A stretch of 64,000 bases of DNA. It comes from Owenia fusiformis. Its lineage: Eukaryota. Made by a program: the position numbers and the translations under genes. The stretch covers positions 14,136,001-14,200,000 of the forward strand of contig CAIIXF020000001.1 in the NCBI GenBank assembly GCA_903813345.2. Direction: 5' to 3'. Position 1 is the stretch's first letter; each line of letters opens with the position of its first letter. The notes under the pieces are model-generated. The model did no database searches. It saw nothing but the letters and a program-made list of their open reading frames with translations, and was not told the DNA's origin. Shown piece by piece: positions 1 through 14,013 of this stretch.

Positions 1-818
1 AGAAGGAAAGAACACCCGAACACAGTTGGGTAGAGCCTATTCAAGTAGACATAATTCCTCCTTTATACACATGTATATGTAATAATTCTATATAAATAAA
101 CAGTTTTTAACACGGTGGACCAGTAATTTGAGTTTTAAGGCATTGTTTTGAATACCTGTTTTGTTTATCACACCGTCCAAAAACCATGAACTGGACAAGC
201 TAGACCACAAAAATAAGGACAGAATACAGAGAAGGAAACCGCTTATATGAAACAAGAGTTTCTAAACACATTGATTAAGAAAATATGACGATGGAAGGTA
301 GGACTGAATGAACTGATCTCAGCACAACACTACTGATTTATGAGCAAAGGGAAAACACTTAATCATAATAAAAATATGGTTTAGGGGTTTTCTCAAAACA
401 TCGAATTCGTTCAAAAGACATAATTATCTCCATTTGGGAGCAAGGGAGGGGATAAATTGGGTACATTTGTTGTTTTCATTGCATCAATTTTTTATCCCTG
501 GGGTTGATGCTGTTTTATCCAGTGCAGTCATTTCTATACAAAGTGGGTTTTATTTAGAGGGGAAGTGGTCAAAACGTCAAGTCAAAACGACATTAACTAC
601 ATTTTGTGACAAATGTTATTGGACTGACCCGTTTGTTACTCTCATTTCAAAGGCTCTCAATAAGTGACACTGACACGATCAGTGACAGTGAAAAGTAATA
701 AAATGACAGAAACACGTTTTAACAATACAAACTATGTGAAAATATTGCTTCTTTTCATCTTTTCCAATTCTTCTGGTATCACCGTTTTATTGAGGAGAAA
801 TTCTAATTAAACACTGCA

Positions 819-2214
819 ATGGCGAAGAAAGGGATGTGTTGTGGTAAAAGAACACCACTTATTCTTATTCTGACGTTTTGCATTTTTGTGATGTATACAA
901 ATATCAAAAGCATCAATCAAGTAGAAAAAAGCACCTCGCAAATGAAACGTCAGTTTGATGAATATACATACAACGCTACAAGGATAATAAACTTAACAAA
1001 GGCCTATATAAGTAGCTTGGCTGATGGATTGTTACAGGTAAAGGCTATAAATCAGCTCTATATTTAAAAAAATTATGTTTTCGATGTATGAGTTAATGTT
1101 AAATGTGAAAAATAAGTATATACTAGTACTTAATTATATTATTGCATATTTTAATCCATCGAGTTTATAAACAATGGCACCATTCGGTAGGCTCACGAAG
1201 TGAAGAAAACCGATGTTTCTTAATAGAAGCTAAAGAGGAGCCAGGACCCATGGAGTAAATAATCAGAACTTGATATACTCGTATAAAATGAGCTGAAGAT
1301 GATCATTGGTTTAGTCGAATGATTCATCTCTCCCTCTTTAATTATTTCATCGTGTGAGCCAAAAACATAATTTATTTTTTCATTTATTCCAGAGGAGCAC
1401 GGAGGAACATCAGTCTGCAAAGGAACACATGGTACAGAGAAAATCACATCTCTCCAAAATGTGCGAGCTGTTCCGACGTTCAACAGAATACGAGAACCCA
1501 CAATTGTTTTACCGCTATCCCCAAACCTACATTCGCAATATAACATTCCCAACGTATCCATTCCACCTACTCTGGTGTCCAGTTTTCAAAGCTGGATATA
1601 CAAACTGGAATAAGACATTTCTTGATTTAGATGCTAAGTTGGATCCTCGATCAACAGATATAACAAATAGTTCAAATATTGACACTAAACATCACCATGT
1701 GAGATTTCTGATTGTACGCAACCCCTGGGAGAGATTGTTATCGGCATTTCTGGATAGATTAGAGTATCATCCCCAAATGAAATCATTTCAACGGGATCAC
1801 TTCGGACGCCTAATAATGGCCAAATACCACAATGTCAATGCCTCGGCGTTACCTTACGAAAAGATCAATGTGACGTTTCAAGAGTTCTTGCAATTCATAG
1901 TAGATGAGCCCCGACAGACAAAACATCATTTAGCTGACCATTGGGTCCAATATTATGAATATTGTAAACCTTGTGATATAGACTATAATTACATTGGGAA
2001 AGTTGAAACGCTATCGCAAGATGCAAATTACATTTTATATAAACTGGGATTCATTTCTGCTCGATTCAAAGATCAAAAGGCACAAACTACAGCGAAAATG
2101 GTGAAATATTATGAAAGCATTCCTTGCTATTTGATGGATAAATTGAGTCTAGTGTTTTTCTGGGATTTCAAGCTATTTGACTATGACTTGAAGTATCCCG
2201 CATGCAGCGAATAA
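819..2214 (+). CDS. Golgi carbohydrate sulfotransferase, CHST8-14/CHST11-like (Sulfotransfer_2 family), 2 exons
   Basis: Exons 819-1037 and 1393-2214 join in phase 0 (CAG|GTAAAG ... TTCCAG|AGG). N-terminal type II anchor LILILTFCIFVMY. Motifs WCPVFKAGYTNW (5'-PSB), FLIVRNPWERLLSAFLD (3'-PB), HW..Y..CKPCDIDYNYIGKVETL and DFKLFDY. Confidence 0.9.
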
Positions 2215-3466
2215 TTCCGAACATAAATAGTGAAATAATAGTTCACAAAACCAAAATAGATAGACAGATTACAAAACAATACTTCTTCGCTATTAAATGT
2301 TTATTCATGACAAAAATAAGTTATGATTATATGTGTTACAATGACTCGGCTTACACAGTCCACCCTTCACCCTGAACAAAGAGGTTTAAAACCTCTACAA
2401 AAAGTTACCAACACAAAAAAGAATAACATGAAATAGAACAAATGCGGTACAAATATGATGTTCACAGCAATATGTGTCACTATAAATGTCACGTTTGTAC
2501 ATGTACATGTGGTTTGTATTAGTCTTGATTCAAGACTGTGGAGCTGGCTCTCTTTCTTAACATCACTTGTTAGAGTTCCAGGGTCTTGAAGCAAGACTAG
2601 GTTTGTATCACTTATTTGAAATAAATAACTAGAACACTTGTAATTGTGTATGACCAGAATATATCACAACTACCAATCACTTGTTGAACACTTTATCTCC
2701 ATGTAATTATTTTCGCTGTTTCCTTGTTTTTTATTACTTATATACTATAATCAAGTACATTTAAATTAAAAGTTGCTTCATTTTGATATCATAAAACATA
2801 GTGATACCATAAATATACTTAATTGAAAAATCAATCAATATAAGCAAGTCTCACACTTTTTAAAATGTCATTAAGTAGGACAAAAATGAAAGTTTCACCA
2901 TAGTAATAGTATATGATGTCACAATACAACAATCACAATGGTAATCTTGTCATGGGAAAAATAAATGAACAATCAATAGTTAGGGCAAGCGTAGATACAC
3001 CTTGAAATCACATAATTATATAGATTCAGATGTTGCAAACCAATTAAATTAAATGGCACCTATATGGACGATAAGTGGTTTCAATTTAGTCCAGCGTGAA
3101 CAGAATAATGGTGCCATAATACTTCATTACCACATTCCGCCTTTAATATCAGGCAAATATTTATATTACTAATCCACATAACAGCCATTAGAACATCAAA
3201 ACTGGTGAATATCAATTCAAAGGTTCATACAATATTAGCCAAAAAAGTTCACTCAAGCCATGCCTTCTCTGCATTGTTCTATAACATTCTTTATTTCTAA
3301 CATTTCCAAACAAAGTTGGAATTCATGCAATTGCTGACTGTTAAATTCTTCAGGTTTTGATAATGAAAGCATGGCTAGAATGACACATATAATTGGGCAA
3401 ACTTCTAAAAGGGTGGTCACGGCAGTTCTTGACTATATCATGTAGAGTGGTAGCGTAATGATGCGA

Positions 3467-6400
3467 CTAGCTGGCCTGGATAGATGGCTCTCCTTGTATG
3501 ATCTTATAGCACCACTGAGTGAAACTGGATATATAGCCTTGTAGAGAGACCAGGCAAGAACTGAGAATACGTTGAAGATTTTCTGGAGATAAGTTTCCTC
3601 TGAAATAAGAAGCATGGTAGCTCTTTAATAGATCATTATGCCGATACAGTGAAAATATATTTTTGTTTATAATTTGAATTGATCCCCTAGTCCTAGTGAA
3701 ACAATTCACTAACTAATTGAAAGCTTAGCTGTAGTACTAACTACGATAGTTTACCAGTCAAATTGCTAATTCGAAGTGACAAAACAGCTACAAAATGTAG
3801 ACCAGATAACCACGAGTGTTACTTTAAATTGCACATATAACTACAGTTACAAAACAGAACATATACTAACTTGAATATGTTTTCCAAGAGCCAGTTTGAT
3901 ATAACTGCCCAAGCATATACGACATGTTGCCACGCCCACATGCTCCACAGCAATATAGTATTCCAGGCTATGGCACCATAGACACCCATATAGTGCCACA
4001 CTATGGCCCCATAATGGGCTATATGTTGCCACATAATGGCACCATAATACTGCAAATGCTGCCAAAGCCATAGGCTCCACGTTACTATGAAGCCCCATGT
4101 TAACCAGAAGTACTCCGTTATACTGTCTTGTAAACCAGGGAACTTTGCCTCAAGCTGAAAGAAAATCATAATTCAGTACAGATTGCTAGTGTAAGTACAT
4201 TATACAGTAAAACCCGTCTAAGTGAAACATCTCTGGTACCTCTAAAACATGTTCCACTTAGGAAGTGTTCCAAATTTAGAGATTCATTTAATATTCAAGT
4301 CAGTTTGTCTTGCGACCACTTACAGAGGTGTTCCACTTTACAGGTTTCACTGTACTTATATAGATGGCATTTTGAAAATTGTAAGTTATAATGTATTTTT
4401 ATGTAAGGTTTGGGAGAAACTAAAGATATTACTAAAGATACATTCTTACTTGAAACATCCATTTCAAAGAAGTATTAATACAGCTCCAAATGCATTCACT
4501 ATAGTCCACACATACATCATTTTTACTCAACTTACCCACTCTAGAAATACTGGCCACTTTTCTACTACCCACTGGTTGGTTGCCTTAAATAGTGCAACTA
4601 TATACAAAGCCCCTGCTACGAGTGATTCCCAGGCCAGAGTAAGATATGGTCCAACAACTGAACATACTTGACCGTAGTAATAGGGTACATTATCTTGAAG
4701 CCACCTATGCAGAGAAAATGAGAGTGAAAATTTTATTTCTTAGTTCAGAAGCATTACAGAAAACCATGGGCTTTACTATCTGATAGAGCCCATGAGAAAA
4801 CTAAATGATAAAATTATTTAGAGTTATCTTTGTTCAATGGTATCATTTGTATTGATAGACAGATTTGTATTCATTCATTTACAAAAATGAAAAACGAAAT
4901 TATAATGAGATATAAGAGTGTGACAAAAAAGTATATAAGACTTAAATATCAAGTACATACCCAGTTGCCTTGCCTGTATACACTGTTATACGGTTGTAGA
5001 GATGTTCCAAGAACACCAACACTCCCGCATCTTTTAACATCTGGCTTGTACGTGACCCTGGAAAGATTTTGTTTCAATACAGAAAAACATATGTTATAAT
5101 TGTTCTTCGAGTCTGATAGTACAATCAGTTTTATGCATTCTACTACCAGAAATAATACAGGGCATTAACATGCAAAATGTCACCACATGGCATTTGTTAC
5201 AGATGCCAAATGCTGACAGCCGAATGTCAAAAACCAATCACTGAATGAAGTCCACAAAAAAGTTGGAGACAATGACAATATGTTATCACTTCTGGTTGTA
5301 ACATTATAACTGGTCCATAATCCAATTTTAATCAGTAAGTGAGAAGTGCTTTTTTCACAACTTTAACCATGTATTGCTCACCTTTGAATCCAGTCTTGGA
5401 TGTGACAATGTCATAGGCCACCAATCCAGCTATTGCAGCAAAGAACAGGAAGAACATCAAGCCCCATGGGAATCTGCCCTTGCTCATCTTCAACAGCAAC
5501 AACTAAACAAAACAAAACACACAGTGATAAATATCACACCTTTGTATTGGAAAATTCAAAATGGCCACCAATTAATTTACCCAGTATATTCAAAACCTTA
5601 TCATATCTTAGCTTGTCTGCTTTTGCATCTGTAAAAATTGAACCAGTAAGAGGTTTTCTTGAATTTTGCCTGCCAGCCACGCGGCACAAGATGTCAACAA
5701 TATAACACTTTTAAAAAATGTGATTTTAGGTTACATTCAAGTTAGTCAGGTTACAGTCATTAATGGACCCAATCTCATTTCTAATGCAAATAAGTGTTCC
5801 AGGTCGCACTCAAATTTGCAAGGCCCACTTAAATGTTGCACTCAAATGTGCAAGGTCCACTCAAATGTTGCACTCAAATTTGCAAGGCCCACTCAAATGT
5901 GCAAGGTCCACTCAAATGTTTTTCAGCCAGTTCCATGAAAAAAGCCTCATGTATGTATGGCATAAAGTATTGATTAAATACTTTTTTAAATATTCTGGTT
6001 CCCCTTACTCATTTTTAGAATTTCAAAACATGGCCAACGTGGCAATTTTCCTATTCACCATTAATTCAACTGCTCTCAAATTCTCTCACCTTACAATTCT
6101 GCACACAGTTCTTGTAGCCATCAGCTGTTGTCTTTCCCTGCGTGGCCAACTCCTCATTGGTGATGCTGAATGCATTAATCGTCTCCTTCAGCTGTGTCTT
6201 GTCAACCTTACTGCTCACTTTGTCCCACTGTGTTAGGAAGTGCTCTAACAGAACACTAAATAGGAGAATGGAAAGGATTAGAATCAGGGACAACAACATA
6301 AGCACTTGCTACAGTCGAGAGCCAATTATTTTTGAACCGGATCCGATCATTTTTTAGCATGTTGTATAGAAAATGAGCAACACCTGGTCTGAATGGAGTG

Positions 6401-9400
6401 TAGAAGTTAAAAATTTATTCACACTTCATCTTTTTGGAGCAAAGATTAATAAGGACTATCTAGCACAATGTTTTTACATTTGATGAATGAAGGAATTTCA
6501 TAGACCCTTGAAGAAGAGGAATGGAGAGAAATGGGTCATATTTATAAATAAATGTCTGTGTACTGTAAAACTATAATCCTTGCAATTTTCCCTCTCTTCT
6601 ATTCTATTAAACATTTCAAAACATGACCATTCAGACATTTTTTGTAAATGGTTCACAGAGCCAGTGTTCCCAACTTACCTCGACTGTTGCATGTGTTTGG
6701 TGTACATCTGGCGCCACACACTGAAGCATTGCTTGTCTGTTGCAAGGCAGTGCACCAAGCACTCCACCAACTGAAACATGTACATGTATATCATTTGTAG
6801 ATTGCAGTATGGGGATATGGGTGAAAGGGATAAACAGAATCAGTTGACTATTTTGCATATTGTATTTTTCCATCGTGGACAGTTTTCCATTCAGGGGGTT
6901 TTCAATACTTTCTTCAGTCAACTGGATCAACTATCAATTAAGAAGTATTCCACATGGACTGCTACATGGGCAATACAAAAATATTAATATTGATTGCATA
7001 TTTAATTCCATGCCAGACAAAATTAATCATTTTGTTCAATATCAATATCACTTTTATAAAATTGATGATTTAATCCTTTATATTTATGATTGTTCTTCAT
7101 ACTGGAAGACACATAAACCAACATAACATGATATTCTTGTTAACTGACCTCTGCTCTTAGGTTGTTGTTCCCCTGCAGTGTGGCCCTAGCCAGGAAAGAA
7201 GGAAAGTAGTGCCTCAGAGTAGCATCAGGATGTTGCCCAAAAGCAATTTCCTGAAAAGCAATGGGAGAAGAAATTGCTCACTAAATAAGCATTATGACAT
7301 GTACAAACTATCAGTAATTTTAATTTTTAAAGCTCTAGTGGTTACAGAAGACAGAGTTTGTAACAAAATTAATCAATGGTGCAAATTGATTTTTTATTGT
7401 ATTTTACATTAAGCACTTGTCTTTAAGTACACAGATGAAATTTCAACAAGGTACACAACAATCTACACTTCTTTAATCAAAATCTGAAATAAATGTCTGT
7501 CAATACACAAAATTATTTCTTAGTAATATCAGCATTATCAGTTGAGTAATCATAGGTACCTTTATCTTTGGGTAGAGAGCCAGAAGTTTCTTTTGGAGTT
7601 GAGTAGAAAGGTTGGAGCTAGGAATGAATATAGCATCCATAATAGGGAAAAAGTCTCGAAAAGACATGACATCAAATGCAGGCTTCAGATCTCCATGTTG
7701 CCTATAAATATCACAAGTTGAAGGGTTAACAGTACCTTTAAGTGTGCACTTAAAAGAGATTTAAATGTAAAAATATAATGCATTAAAATTTATACATGAA
7801 AATTGTGTAATTCTAGGAGTATTAAAATGGCTTACAAAATTTGATGATTCAAAATTTGAAATTTGGCTAATTAACGAATAATATGTTCTGCAAGCCTATA
7901 GAAATGTAGTAGATCACATAATTAGAGCACAATATGATACAACTAGTGTAAACAAAGTGGATGGTTTTGTACATATCATTTCAAACTCAAATATAGTCCT
8001 TTAAAAATCTTATTGTAATTAATTCATAATTATTCAATTGGCAATGTCAATATTAGATTAAATACCTGAAAAGATTGTCAAGATAGTCAACAGTATAGCT
8101 GGAGAGAGATCTTGTACCTAACACTGGCACCATCAGGTTCAACCATACTGCAAACAGACATTATATACTTAAAGGAATATTCCTTGCCAAACCATCTTTC
8201 TCCTCATATGGTAGCTATAACCATATATATGCTTGCCATGTTTAGCAAAACACGCAAAACTGTTTTGATATGGTCAAATTTGATCACTTGGAAATGTGAT
8301 GCTCAATTCCAGTATGCTGCCATCTTTTAAAATTTCACACAGGAAGTGATGTCATCGACTCTGAATTTTGCATATAGCATTAGGTGAGGAGCTATTAAGA
8401 ATTACAAAACCAGCTAAATATTCTTTTTCAACTTTGTATCTTATTTAATCCTTCTGAAAATCTCTTCTTTTATTCTAAGTTGACAAGCCCTGAAAATATT
8501 TTTGCACAGAAAGTAATGATCACTTGTCTAGAAGTGATTTTGTGCTACTTTCCTATACTGTTATGGGCAAGGTTATAGAAGTTGAGACTTGATGACATCA
8601 CTTCCTGCAAGAAATCTTAAAAGATGGCAGCTCACTGGAAATAAGCACTAGATTTTTAAATGATCAATATTGACCATGTTAAAACATTTTCCCATGTTTT
8701 GCTAAATATGGAAACTATATATATGATTATAGCTACCATATCAAGAGAGAAAGGGTCTGGCAATGAATATTCCTTTAACTATGGTCTAAAGAAGGCCTGT
8801 ATCACGCCAAACAGGATATACCTCTAAAAAGGCAAGTAGGATGGGAAGGAGGATGGAAGTTTTATGACAATGATACAAGAAAGTAAATTTAAATAATATA
8901 TTGATGAAATGATGAAATATTGGCATATTGTAGTTTGACAAAAAGTTAAATTAGAACCCCTGTTGAGAGAAATTCCTGGGATGGTCACTGCTACAGTACT
9001 AGTTTTTTTTCTGTATATGAACTTTCCCAGCTATGATGTAAATATATAGTGTCACACCTTAGAACCTCTGTGTATAATAGGTAAACATTATGGTCATCTT
9101 AGAAATGTTGCACCGTATAAAAGAATTTGGTATTTGATTGTTAAGGAAAGCAAAAGTACATGTAGATCTGGATTGTTAACAGTTAAACTCATGCTGAGAG
9201 GCCACTAATTTTATAACTGAAAAAGCAGCACTGCAAGACTTAAATGTAATCAATGTACATACAATATGTATATATGCTGACAATCAGATTGAGCAATCAA
9301 ATCAGTAATCGTGTGAATGCTACACGAAAAATAGTAAATATCTTTGATGACACAAATGACTCTAAACCAAACACAGATAGAGCAACCAAAGTGCTGATAA

Positions 9401-12400
9401 GTATATCTAATAATAATCATATACATATGTTACATTGACATACAATGTACCTTTGATGCCACATTTGAGACTTTTGATCCCACACTGCCCCAGGGCCCAC
9501 ATGATTGACAGACACCTCAGTGGTCTGTTCTGGTTAGACTTCATCATGTCCTGGTACTATAAAAAAGAACAAACAACCATGGGATATGCTGTTTTTTATA
9601 TAATAAACTTTTAATACATGAATGTTCCAGATTCAACAGAATTTAATATTTAATAGGATTCAATTTTGGCATGGACAATTATTAAGTCAATAATTTAGTT
9701 CAAGCACATTTTCTTATCTTATCTTGTCAACTTTCTATTTCATTTCTAATCACACTAAACAACTCATACTCTCTTGGTTTTTGGTATCTTTCCAAATGAT
9801 TCAAGAGAGGAAACCTCACAATAATAGATAACACATTACTTCCCAGGTAATATATTTTCAGTCTCACCTTAGAAACAGTTTCAACAAATAGGTCTGGTTT
9901 CTCTGTGGCCATGAGTTGAATGAAGATACGATATCCACCAGTGGCAATACCTACAAGATATATATTTTACCTATACTTTCATTTCACATTCATTTAAAGG
10001 TTCTCTTATTATTACATGAGCTGACAGATTTGAAAGCTAAAAATGTTGTATTCAAGTCAAATCTTTCAAAATACAAACACATTATTGTCTCTTAGCCCAT
10101 TATATTTTCATTTCCCTGTGGGTGGAAAGCTAGAATTTATTTAAAGATAGAAGCAAGTCTTGGTGGATGTGTTAAAAGTGTACAAACACTCTCTGAATCC
10201 CTCTTTGTCTCACCTTTTCCCATGTCAGTGATCATTGATTGTACACAGTGCTCTAGGAACAGTTCCAAAGTTGCCTGGGAACACTTAGATAGCACGCCTC
10301 TCAACAACTTCTGAACACCCTTGGGCAGCTTGCAGGCAGGGAAGTCTACAATAGAAAATGCATGTTCAAAGTGAGATATGTTGAATATAGCATAGTATCA
10401 ACACTTTCAGATGTAGGAAGAATCTTGTTAAGTCCATCATGTTCATAATGTCACTATATAAAAGTGCAACAGTTGGCATTTTGAAAATGGACCCATAGTC
10501 TACTATACAATGTAACCCCGTTCAAAAAATGCAGTAGCTACCATAACAACATGAAACCACTTCTTGGTGGATCCACAATGATCATATTATTACGTACCAG
10601 GGGCTTGTCCCTCAAATACAGGGGAAGGGTCAGCAATATCATCCAGCTTCATGTTAAGGTAGCTTGCCATATCCTTCAACCAGACAGAGGAGTTGTCAGG
10701 AAATGTCTGCTGGTCCTTCGCCAAGATAGACTCCAATTCTCCAGCATCAATCTAAAATCAATTTATGCCTATAATTATAATATTGTCATTTACAAACAAT
10801 ATGTTATTTTGACCAACCAAAGTCAAATGGTCGATATGTCTTTTCCACGATATGTTTTTTCCACTTCAAAATTCAAAAGGTTCAAACATTAATTCTTCAC
10901 CTTTGGTTTTATGTAAATTTTTATGAAAAGTGATCAAAATCCTTTAATAAGGGACTAATTTTATGCCTATAAATCAAAAACAGCCTTATCTATAGTATAA
11001 ATATGATATCACTTGAAATGATCTGATATTGGATTTATCCAATGATCACAATCAAAAGTTTAATATGCAGCTGATAAATGATATCAACCACATATGATTA
11101 CGAGGACATTGATAAAATTTTCTGAAAAATATCACACATTCTCCATAATAACAGAAAAATATGGACAGAAAAACAATTCTTGTGGGATAAAAAATACTAT
11201 ACCTTCGCTAAAGCCTCTTCAAAGGTAACTCTGGGTTCTTTCTTTTTCTCAGGTTGAGGTTTTTTCTTCCCCTGCGTCTTCTTGGCCACATTGTCAGTAG
11301 AAGGTCGAGTGTTTTCCTTGCCATTCTGAGTTACAGTCTTCTCTTTGAAAGCTTGTTCAAACATGGTGGGCTTCTCTTCCAAAGGACCTGGAAGTTTTCA
11401 TTGATATTATATTGTGTAAACACCCTATCTGTTAAGTAGGTATTGAGTATTGAGTAAGAGGCTGTGCATTTCTCAACTACAACAATCCAAATTTTGAAAT
11501 ACTGGCAGATTTGAAAAGTGGAGTGTATACCTCTGCAATTTGAGACAGCCGCAACTTTTACTTCTTTGGAAGAATGTTTCTGATGATGGTTATAGATCAA
11601 TTGAGGTAAGAATTAAGTCTATGGCTAGTGGTGCCCAAGATTTTCAATTTTTGAAATAAAATGTATCGCGAGGCTCTATTATACCCTTTGTGGATCAGAA
11701 CGCAGAGATGGTCTTGGAACTAGAGTTCATTTCACTGCTTCAGTTCGTCAGTAGAACGGCAAAAATAAGAAATTGGGAGACTATTGTGCAATAATATATG
11801 GAAAAGTATATTCATAATGTACATGAATGACATTTGTATATTTCAGATTTTTTAGTTTTTTGTGCAATAAGCCTGTGCCGTCTTGTAATTTGAAGAATTT
11901 CAGCCATGTTAATCTTATTGAAAATAACATGGCAGAGAAACATCCAAATATAAGAGGCCACACACTTTATAAGCCAAACTAGAAGCAATCCAAGATATAC
12001 AAATGTCATTCATGTACATTATGAATATACTTTTCCATATATTATTGTACAATGGTCTCCCAATTTCTTATTTTTGCCGTTCTACTGACGAACTGAAGCA
12101 GTGAAATGGACTTTAGACCCGGAACTAGATAAGGCAGATAACTTGGTGGTACATGAATGAAGGGTATTACCCTGCGTGCAGAGTCTAGTTAAACTACACT
12201 CTGCCTAGTAGAGACCATATTGTACAGTTTAGTAACCCCGCCCCCATGACGGGTACCGGTGACAGTTTGGGTAATAAATCACTTTTGACCTACGTGCTGG
12301 CCGTTCTTCCACCAATCAGCGAGCTTGAAGAAACATACGCCAAATGCATTCTAATTAAATATGCGCATGTCATTGGTCAATTCCGGGCTCAACGATGACG

Positions 12401-13085
12401 TCAGAAGGAATGACCATATATAGAACGTCGGTCATATTTGGCCGACGAACACTGATTGGCGTGGTGAGTTCACAGGTTTATTTAAGTTTGAAAGAGTGAA
12501 GACGAAGCTCTCTTTTAAGAAGTGAAGTCAAACGAATGCAAAGGGTAGAAGGGTATCGTCATTTTCTTAGAATTTTTAGGGTTTTGTGTCCGATCTTGCA
12601 ATTTTAATACAAATGTTATCTACGAAGGGAAAAGATCTGACTGGGGATCTGATTATAGTGCAATGCATAGAAAAAGAAGTCAAAGATTCCTACCAGCTGG
12701 AATAACAGTGCATCACTTTTGGTTTCCAAATGTTCCAAAATGAACAACATATTTTGCCAGCTTGGTTGTTCATGTTCTACATTTCTATTAAAATCATTAG
12801 TAAATGTTAAAACGTTCTAGCCAGTCACAAGGAGTAGAAATAAAAGTTCACTTGAAAAATGAAAATCCAACTTCCGTTCTAAGATTTTTTTATAAAAAAA
12901 ATACGTGTCAACTTTATCTCTTAGTTTTAAGAAATAAGTATATATTTTAAACACTTACTGATAGCTTCTACTCGAGGCATGTTATCCACAAAGTTTTTAC
13001 GTTGAGTTTTACTCATCCCCTGGCCTCCTGGCCTGGGTTTTTGGGATTTTCCTGAACCTGCAACTTGCCAACCGGTGCTTGCCAT
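3467..13085 (-). CDS. TMEM214: Transmembrane protein 214 (ER), 16 exons
   Basis: Phase-consistent GT-AG exons (-): 13085-12959, 11387-11203, 10751-10598, 10345-10214, 9950-9868, 9556-9451, 8147-8066, 7701-7560, 7250-7149, 6770-6679, 6255-6090, 5502-5382, 5057-4961, 4704-4536, 4154-3871, 3599-3467. Recognisable TMEM214 segments: VWLKDMASYLNMKL, GYRIFIQ, CLSIMWALGQ, FFPIMD, HYFPSFLARAT, VWRQMYTKH, FPWGLMFFLF. Confidence 0.93.
4205..4352. mobile_element. Tc1/mariner(pogo)-type MITE
   Basis: TA|CAGTAAAACC...GGTTTCACTG|TA termini. Elements with related termini at 16702-16882, 53134-53619 and 54651-54772. Confidence 0.7.
5805..5918. repeat. Short tandem repeat (CACTCAAATGTGCAAGGTC / CACTCAAATGTTG units)
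   Basis: Visible reiteration in a TMEM214 intron. It generates spurious repetitive ORFs. Confidence 0.75.
8173..8774. mobile_element. Kolobok-like MITE with ~185-bp imperfect TIRs and TTAA TSD
   Basis: TTAA|AGGAATATTC (8169-8182) ... GAATATTCCT|TTAA (8765-8778). Arms 8173-8357 and 8591-8774 are diverged reverse complements. Confidence 0.8.
11721..12115. mobile_element. Foldback MITE, ~120-bp near-perfect inverted arms, TMEM214 intron 1
   Basis: 11721-11841 (..CATTTCACTGCTTCAGTTCGTCAGTAGAACGG..ATTTGTATA) is the reverse complement of ~11996-12115. Confidence 0.8.
12177..12550 (+). repeat. Diverged dispersed repeat, second copy at ~40857-41190
   Basis: Shared colinear blocks GTCTAGTT..AAACTAC.CTCTGCCTAGTA.AGAC, TAATAAATCA, CTGATTGGC and GAAAGAGTGAAGA..AAGCTCT...AGAAGTGAAGTCAAAC.AATGCAAAGGGTA. 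Confidence 0.75.
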
Positions 13086-14013
13086 TTTGAATTCTGGTAG
13101 TATGCACAATCGAGTATGTTTCAACGGCAAACGGAATTATTATATAGAGGGCATAGTTGCATCAAATCAACGAACGACCAAAATACAATGTTCGTTCGGA
13201 CAATTATACTGGAATTTTTATTTCCTTATAATCCAAAATAGTTTTAGATTTTGATATTGCAAAGATGAATCGATGTTAATATTATGTAATAGAAATTTTG
13301 ATTCATGAAAACAATATATTTGTAAAATTAGCAAATATCAGACCTTTTATGTTTAGCATTGTGGGCACTGGGCTACGATATATTGACCATGCCACTTTAC
13401 AGTTCTGCTTTTTTAAGTTTCAGTTAGGGGTCCTACAAGGTCAATATCTATATAACAGGTCATAGATGATCCAAAAATATGATTCTTATAATTTAAGGTG
13501 GGACCTGGTCCGTCAGCCAAAAAAAATCCTCGATAGAATTTCCTGAAAATCGCACAGTGTATGTAAACAAGTGGTGTACATATGCTGTAGAAATTTGAAA
13601 CAGAAAAAAATAAGTTGAGATATAGTAAGTAAGGTTCAAAGGTCGTATTTTTGAGGAGCCTATGCTGCTTATATTGTCATATTTAACATGTAATCCTATG
13701 GGAAAACCATAAACTTACTTTACTCTCGGGAGATCTCAATTTACAGAAAAACGGCTCGATAGATTTTTTTTAAATTTCCACATTTTTTTATCTGGAATAT
13801 GATTATGCTTATGTTAGTTTTTGGTAAAAAGATAACAAAAATTGTAGTCACAGTATTCAGTCAAAGTACCTTGTATTTTGAGAAAAGACCGGCATCCAAT
13901 GGATTAAAACGCGCCACTCGTCGATAGGTGTCGCTGTGACGTCATTACCCTATTATCGCTCACGAACGGTCTAGAACAATGTTAGAAAGAAAATGTAAAT
14001 AAAACGATCGGAA

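Noticed and set aside
5666-6236. Plus-strand ORFs of 90 and 157 aa
   Set aside because: They derive from a tandem repeat and the antisense of a TMEM214 exon.
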